Shown here: positions 60,005 through 64,000 of the stretch, piece by piece
How positions within the stretch are numbered: the first letter of the stretch is position 1
How the letters are laid out: each line of letters opens with the position of its first letter
NCBI GenBank assembly: GCA_010356995.1
Contig: ML996688.1
Span: 744,001-808,000, forward strand
Direction: 5' to 3'
From: Trichodelitschia bisporula
Taxonomy: Eukaryota
Length of the DNA stretch: 64,000 nt
Notes under the pieces: generated by a model
The model's input: only the letters and a program-made list of their open reading frames with translations
Database searches by the model: none
What the model was told of the DNA's origin: nothing
Made by a program: the position numbers and the translations under genes

Positions 60005-63000
60005 ATGGCAGATACAGACGATCCATTCGACTGGTCCGTCGACCAAGTCATTGCCGTTGTCTGCCACTCACGCACACTTTGGACGCAGCACCGGCCCTAT
60101 GCTCGCCTGCCCGATCCCGATCATCTTGCTCAACTGCTGCAAGATAATGATGTCGACGGGGCCGCGCTGCTGTCCGCAATAAACCCCGCCGTGCTTAAGG
60201 AAGACTTTGGCATCAAATCTCTCGGTCAGCGCGATGCCATCATCTGGGGTATCGAGCGGTTGCGCCATCGGTCAGCGAAGTATCAAGCCCACAACGGCGC
60301 AAATGCCCGGATGCTGCATGCGTATCTCCCCACCGAGCACGCCGAGGCACTTCCACCTCCCTCTATCGATGAGACAGCTCTGGCCATATCCGCGCTCGTC
60401 GATACGGATCACTTGCTTGAACGGAGCCAGGATGAAGAACCTCCGCGCAAGAAGCAGAAGCGTCTTGTTCTGCAGCCCGACGTGAACGGTCAACCTGTGA
60501 GTGCGACAAGCCATCTTGTCCAGCAAACTCACCAACTCAACCCCGATCCGGAGACGGTACCCGCCTTCTTGAAGCCAGCCAAACTCACTGTGGACATGAT
60601 CTACTTTGGAAAAAATCGCATCGGTAGGGCTGTCAATCCTGAGATTGACCTCGCTCCAATCGATGGCAACATTGCCAACGTTCAAGGTATCGAGTTCTTT
60701 CGTGCGCCATGCATGACGTTACCTGGGGCGCAGAAACTTGTCAACCGTTCCATGAAGACACTCTTTCTGCGCTCAGAGGAGGTCAACACTACCGTGGGCA
60801 ATCAGCCCGCGATCGCCATGTTCCTAGGCCCCCGTATGGAAAGAAGCGTGCAATCTGTAATCCTCTTTCGCTCCTCTGGTCTTCAGGTGGATGCGACGAG
60901 GGAGCTCGCAACTGTCGAGGGCGACCGAACCCTCATCGCTAATGTCCCCGCTGTCGGAGACGATGACCCGCGCGCTGACGTATCTGATGGTCAGTGGGAC
61001 TTCCTGCTGTACCGGCCTCATTCGGACGACGAGGAGCTTCCGGCTTATGGTGAATCGGAAGCTGATACCGAGATGAGCCTCCAACTCGCGCAGATGGAGG
61101 CAGACAGGCAACAGGATGAGGACGAGGCTCATCAAGATGGCCCAATGAGCACTGAGGCGGTCACAGCGGTTATCGAGCGTGAAGTCTCGAATCTCGAAGA
61201 AATATGGACCGCCAAGATTCTTCCAAAGCGGCAACTGCACGCTCGCGCTGAGTGGCTCAAACCTGGATCGACAGGCGCCCGTTACGGACTCGCCGAGGTG
61301 GAGAAGGATGAAATTGACAGGCTTACCCGCCGTCTGTCCGGCCTAAAGGCTAACATCCTAGAAGTACCATGGACGCTTGAGGCGGATCTCGTGAAGATGT
61401 GCGACAATCTGGACCAGACCGTCAAGGATCTACAAGATTATAAGTGGAAGCGCCAGTTACTCCTGCAACGCGTTTGCCCGGACTCCGGCCGTATGCCTCC
61501 TGCTCAAGTGAGCCGGAAGCGTGCCCGTTCTGCATCATCGAGTGCGAACTCGTCACCAGATGACTTCATCGAGCATGATGATCAGATGGCCATGGGAGGC
61601 GAATTTCGGGTCCATGCATATCCGCATCTGGACTTCGACAGTGACGGTGAGTCCGATGACAGTCTCCTGCGCGGTGCGGTGGCACCCTTTCCGCCGGACA
61701 GTCCCGTTCAATCTGATTCTCCGGTTCCAGTGGGCACTCATGATGCACCCGTCTTGGAAACCGACCCGGATTTTGGAAGATCGAGCCCTCTTTTGCCAGA
61801 ATCGGGTTCTAAGACAGCTTCGCCGATTGAAGAAACCGTCACCAATGATGAGGCTGTCCAACTGGAAGATCACACGATCCAGCCTCCTCCTGCAGCTAGA
61901 AATATGTCCGGAAAGCCGCGCCGGTCACTTCCAGGTCCTGGAGAAAACGTCGTTGACTTGACATTTTCCTCTGATGAAGAGGGGGGCTCTAGTTCCCTTC
62001 CGGTATCCTCTGAAATTTCAGGGCCTGGCGATTACTCCAACGAAGCTCTTTCAACGCTAGATCTCATGCGTGCAGAAGGCGGCAAGTACCGCAAAGCTAT
62101 CATCGCAAAGTTGATCCGCGGATTGCCAACCGCTCTATACACTGAGTATCGAGAGTGGGTACTGGCGACATCTGTCAAAATCTTATGTGTCGAAGTTGTG
62201 ACAGGCGTCGAGCGGCTCCACAAGCACAGCAAGGAAGAGCAAGAATGGCCGGAGGACTTCATTCGCAGTATCGTCATGGGTCGATTGTACGTGTGCTGGT
62301 GCCGCGCAAAAGCGAAGCAATTCAGCCACAAAATTATCGACGGAAAGCTGTATTTCAGTGGACGTGTGGCCACGAATGTCTTGAAAAACATTCTTGAGAA
62401 ATGTCCCGGAAACCGAGCTCGTCTGCAGCATTTCTGCCGGTTCATAAAGGACCACGTCTTCGAGCCGTATGAATTTCCCCTCCCTGCACGGCGCATGGTT
62501 GCAGAAAGCCAGGAAGGAAAGCAACAACGCCAATACGCCATGGATCATTCGCGGCAGAATGAGGAGAGGACGAAGCTGACCCTGGAGAAAGCGCACGGCA
62601 GTCTCAGCCAAACCGGCCACGGGGAAATCATAAATCTGGGCAAGCGGGACCATGAGGAGTTCGTGTACATCAACAAGGCCATCAGTGACCAGATGCCTAA
62701 GCACCAACTCGACGGCGTCCGCTTTCTGTGGCGGGAGATTGCCGACCGCGCCGGCACCAAGAACGGCCGTATGCCTGGCTGTCTACTTTCCCATACCATG
62801 GGTCTCGGCAAGACTATTCAAGCGATCACCTTGATCATTACGATTGCCGAAACAGTGGCGGCCGGTGGAGACCTCAAAATGCAGCTGGCGAAAGAGCTTC
62901 GTGATTCCCAGACACCGGTTCCTCGGACTCTGATTGCTTGCCCGGCGTCTCTGGTCACTAACTGGCTCGCTGAATTTGAAAAGTGGACACCGGACTCGGC

Positions 63001-64000
63001 CGAAGCCTCACTTGGGCGTCGGTATGACCTGCGTGACGGTACACATGAAAAGCGCCTTCAGACCGCAGAGGCTTGGTACAACAATGGCGGCGTGCTCTTG
63101 TGCAGTTATGAGCTCTTGCGGGGATGGATTAAGCAGGGCAACCCTAATGTCCCCAAGTCTCACCAAGAGATGGTTTTGAATGGTGCTACTCTTATTGTCG
63201 CCGACGAGGCGCACAATTTTAAGAACGTCACGACCGCTAATGGCATCGCAATGCGTTCGTTCCAGACCAAGTTCCGTGTGGCTCTTACAGGTTCCCCGCT
63301 GTCAAACAACCTCAAAGAGTACCATGCTCTCGTCGACTGGGTCGCCCCAGGGTATCTCGGCCCGGCACGAGAGTTCAACGCTAACTACGTCAAACCCATT
63401 GCGGATGGTCTGTACGCAGAGAGCAGCAAGGCCGAGCTGAGATACGCAATGGTTCGGCTCAAGGCCATCGAAACCTTAATTGCCCCCAAGGTCCATCGGC
63501 GAGGAATGGAGGTCTTGGAGCAAACTCTGCCGCCCAAACAGGATTTTGTGCTTCGCATAGCCCTCACCGCTACCCAGACCGCCCTGTACAAAGCCTACAT
63601 CCGGTTTATAGCCCCGAACTGTCCGGAGGAGGGTGTTGTCCCGAACACAAAGCTCTGGGCGTGGCTGGGAGGCCTCGGCCTCATCGTAAACCACCCTTCG
63701 ATCTTTTGGGGTAATGTTCTAGAGCGGATGAATTCATCGAAGCCAGAGAAGCCTGCAACTTCCCCCCAAGCTCTGGACCAAGCCGATGCCGGAGGATCCG
63801 AGGAGAGTAATAACGACATTAATGCCGGGGACATTGAATCTGATCCGGAGCGCCTCTGGGCGGCCATCAGTCCGGCTCTCGAGATGGTAGGTGACGTCGA
63901 CAATATCACCTTTTCCAACAAAGTGACGATGATGCTCGATATCGTCAAAGGTTCCTTGAAGCTTGGTGACCGGACCATCGTCTTCTCTCAGAGCATCGAT
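60005..64000 (+). CDS. SNF2-family helicase, ATRX/ARIP4-like, with N-terminal SAM-like domain (3' end runs off the window)
   Basis: One frame from ATG 60005, still in frame at 62702: DPFDWSVDQV...DVDGAALL, HQLDGVRFLW, GCLLSHTMGLGKT, VADEAH, LTGSPLSNNLKEY, KVTMM...IVFSQSI. It is absent from the ORF track, consistent with having no stop in the window. Confidence 0.9.
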   Translation, partial: MADTDDPFDWSVDQVIAVVCHSRTLWTQHRPYARLPDPDHLAQLLQDNDVDGAALLSAINPAVLKEDFGIKSLGQRDAIIWGIERLRHRSAKYQAHNGANARMLHAYLPTEHAEALPPPSIDETALAISALVDTDHLLERSQDEEPPRKKQKRLVLQPDVNGQPVSATSHLVQQTHQLNPDPETVPAFLKPAKLTVDMIYFGKNRIGRAVNPEIDLAPIDGNIANVQGIEFFRAPCMTLPGAQKLVNRSMKTLFLRSEEVNTTVGNQPAIAMFLGPRMERSVQSVILFRSSGLQVDATRELATVEGDRTLIANVPAVGDDDPRADVSDGQWDFLLYRPHSDDEELPAYGESEADTEMSLQLAQMEADRQQDEDEAHQDGPMSTEAVTAVIEREVSNLEEIWTAKILPKRQLHARAEWLKPGSTGARYGLAEVEKDEIDRLTRRLSGLKANILEVPWTLEADLVKMCDNLDQTVKDLQDYKWKRQLLLQRVCPDSGRMPPAQVSRKRARSASSSANSSPDDFIEHDDQMAMGGEFRVHAYPHLDFDSDGESDDSLLRGAVAPFPPDSPVQSDSPVPVGTHDAPVLETDPDFGRSSPLLPESGSKTASPIEETVTNDEAVQLEDHTIQPPPAARNMSGKPRRSLPGPGENVVDLTFSSDEEGGSSSLPVSSEISGPGDYSNEALSTLDLMRAEGGKYRKAIIAKLIRGLPTALYTEYREWVLATSVKILCVEVVTGVERLHKHSKEEQEWPEDFIRSIVMGRLYVCWCRAKAKQFSHKIIDGKLYFSGRVATNVLKNILEKCPGNRARLQHFCRFIKDHVFEPYEFPLPARRMVAESQEGKQQRQYAMDHSRQNEERTKLTLEKAHGSLSQTGHGEIINLGKRDHEEFVYINKAISDQMPKHQLDGVRFLWREIADRAGTKNGRMPGCLLSHTMGLGKTIQAITLIITIAETVAAGGDLKMQLAKELRDSQTPVPRTLIACPASLVTNWLAEFEKWTPDSAEASLGRRYDLRDGTHEKRLQTAEAWYNNGGVLLCSYELLRGWIKQGNPNVPKSHQEMVLNGATLIVADEAHNFKNVTTANGIAMRSFQTKFRVALTGSPLSNNLKEYHALVDWVAPGYLGPAREFNANYVKPIADGLYAESSKAELRYAMVRLKAIETLIAPKVHRRGMEVLEQTLPPKQDFVLRIALTATQTALYKAYIRFIAPNCPEEGVVPNTKLWAWLGGLGLIVNHPSIFWGNVLERMNSSKPEKPATSPQALDQADAGGSEESNNDINAGDIESDPERLWAAISPALEMVGDVDNITFSNKVTMMLDIVKGSLKLGDRTIVFSQSID

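Overview
Eukaryotic DNA from a filamentous ascomycete (Pezizomycotina, probably a Dothideomycete; inferred from gene content and compact GT-AG introns with CTRAC branch points). About 20 spliced protein-coding genes are recognisable: an mtfA-type C2H2 factor (partial), a secreted His/Met-motif protein, a divergent SDR / GlnA4-like gamma-glutamyl ligase pair, a dienelactone hydrolase, NDUFAF3, a Ser/Thr-rich secreted protein with an in-frame stop, OSH6/7, CGI121, COX4, APT1, an HhH-GPD glycosylase, SSU72, NBP2, CHS4/SKT5, RQT4-like, ERF4, a DUF4203 membrane protein, GSH2 and an ATRX-like SNF2 helicase (partial). The first ~12 kb upstream of the transcription factor is gene-poor, with decayed reading frames and a 105-N gap. 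The best leads are: (1) the SDR/GS-like pair, which mirrors the actinobacterial glnA4 amine gamma-glutamylation operon and shares a GATA-rich promoter; (2) an H/ACA snoRNA (snR5-like) inside a CGI121 intron; (3) a long, structured, stop-free SSU72 intron; (4) a secreted PHM/Nod19-like candidate copper protein; (5) a single premature TAG in an otherwise intact secreted-protein gene. All family assignments come from motif recognition by eye; no database searches were run. No tRNA, rRNA, CRISPR array or intact transposon was seen.
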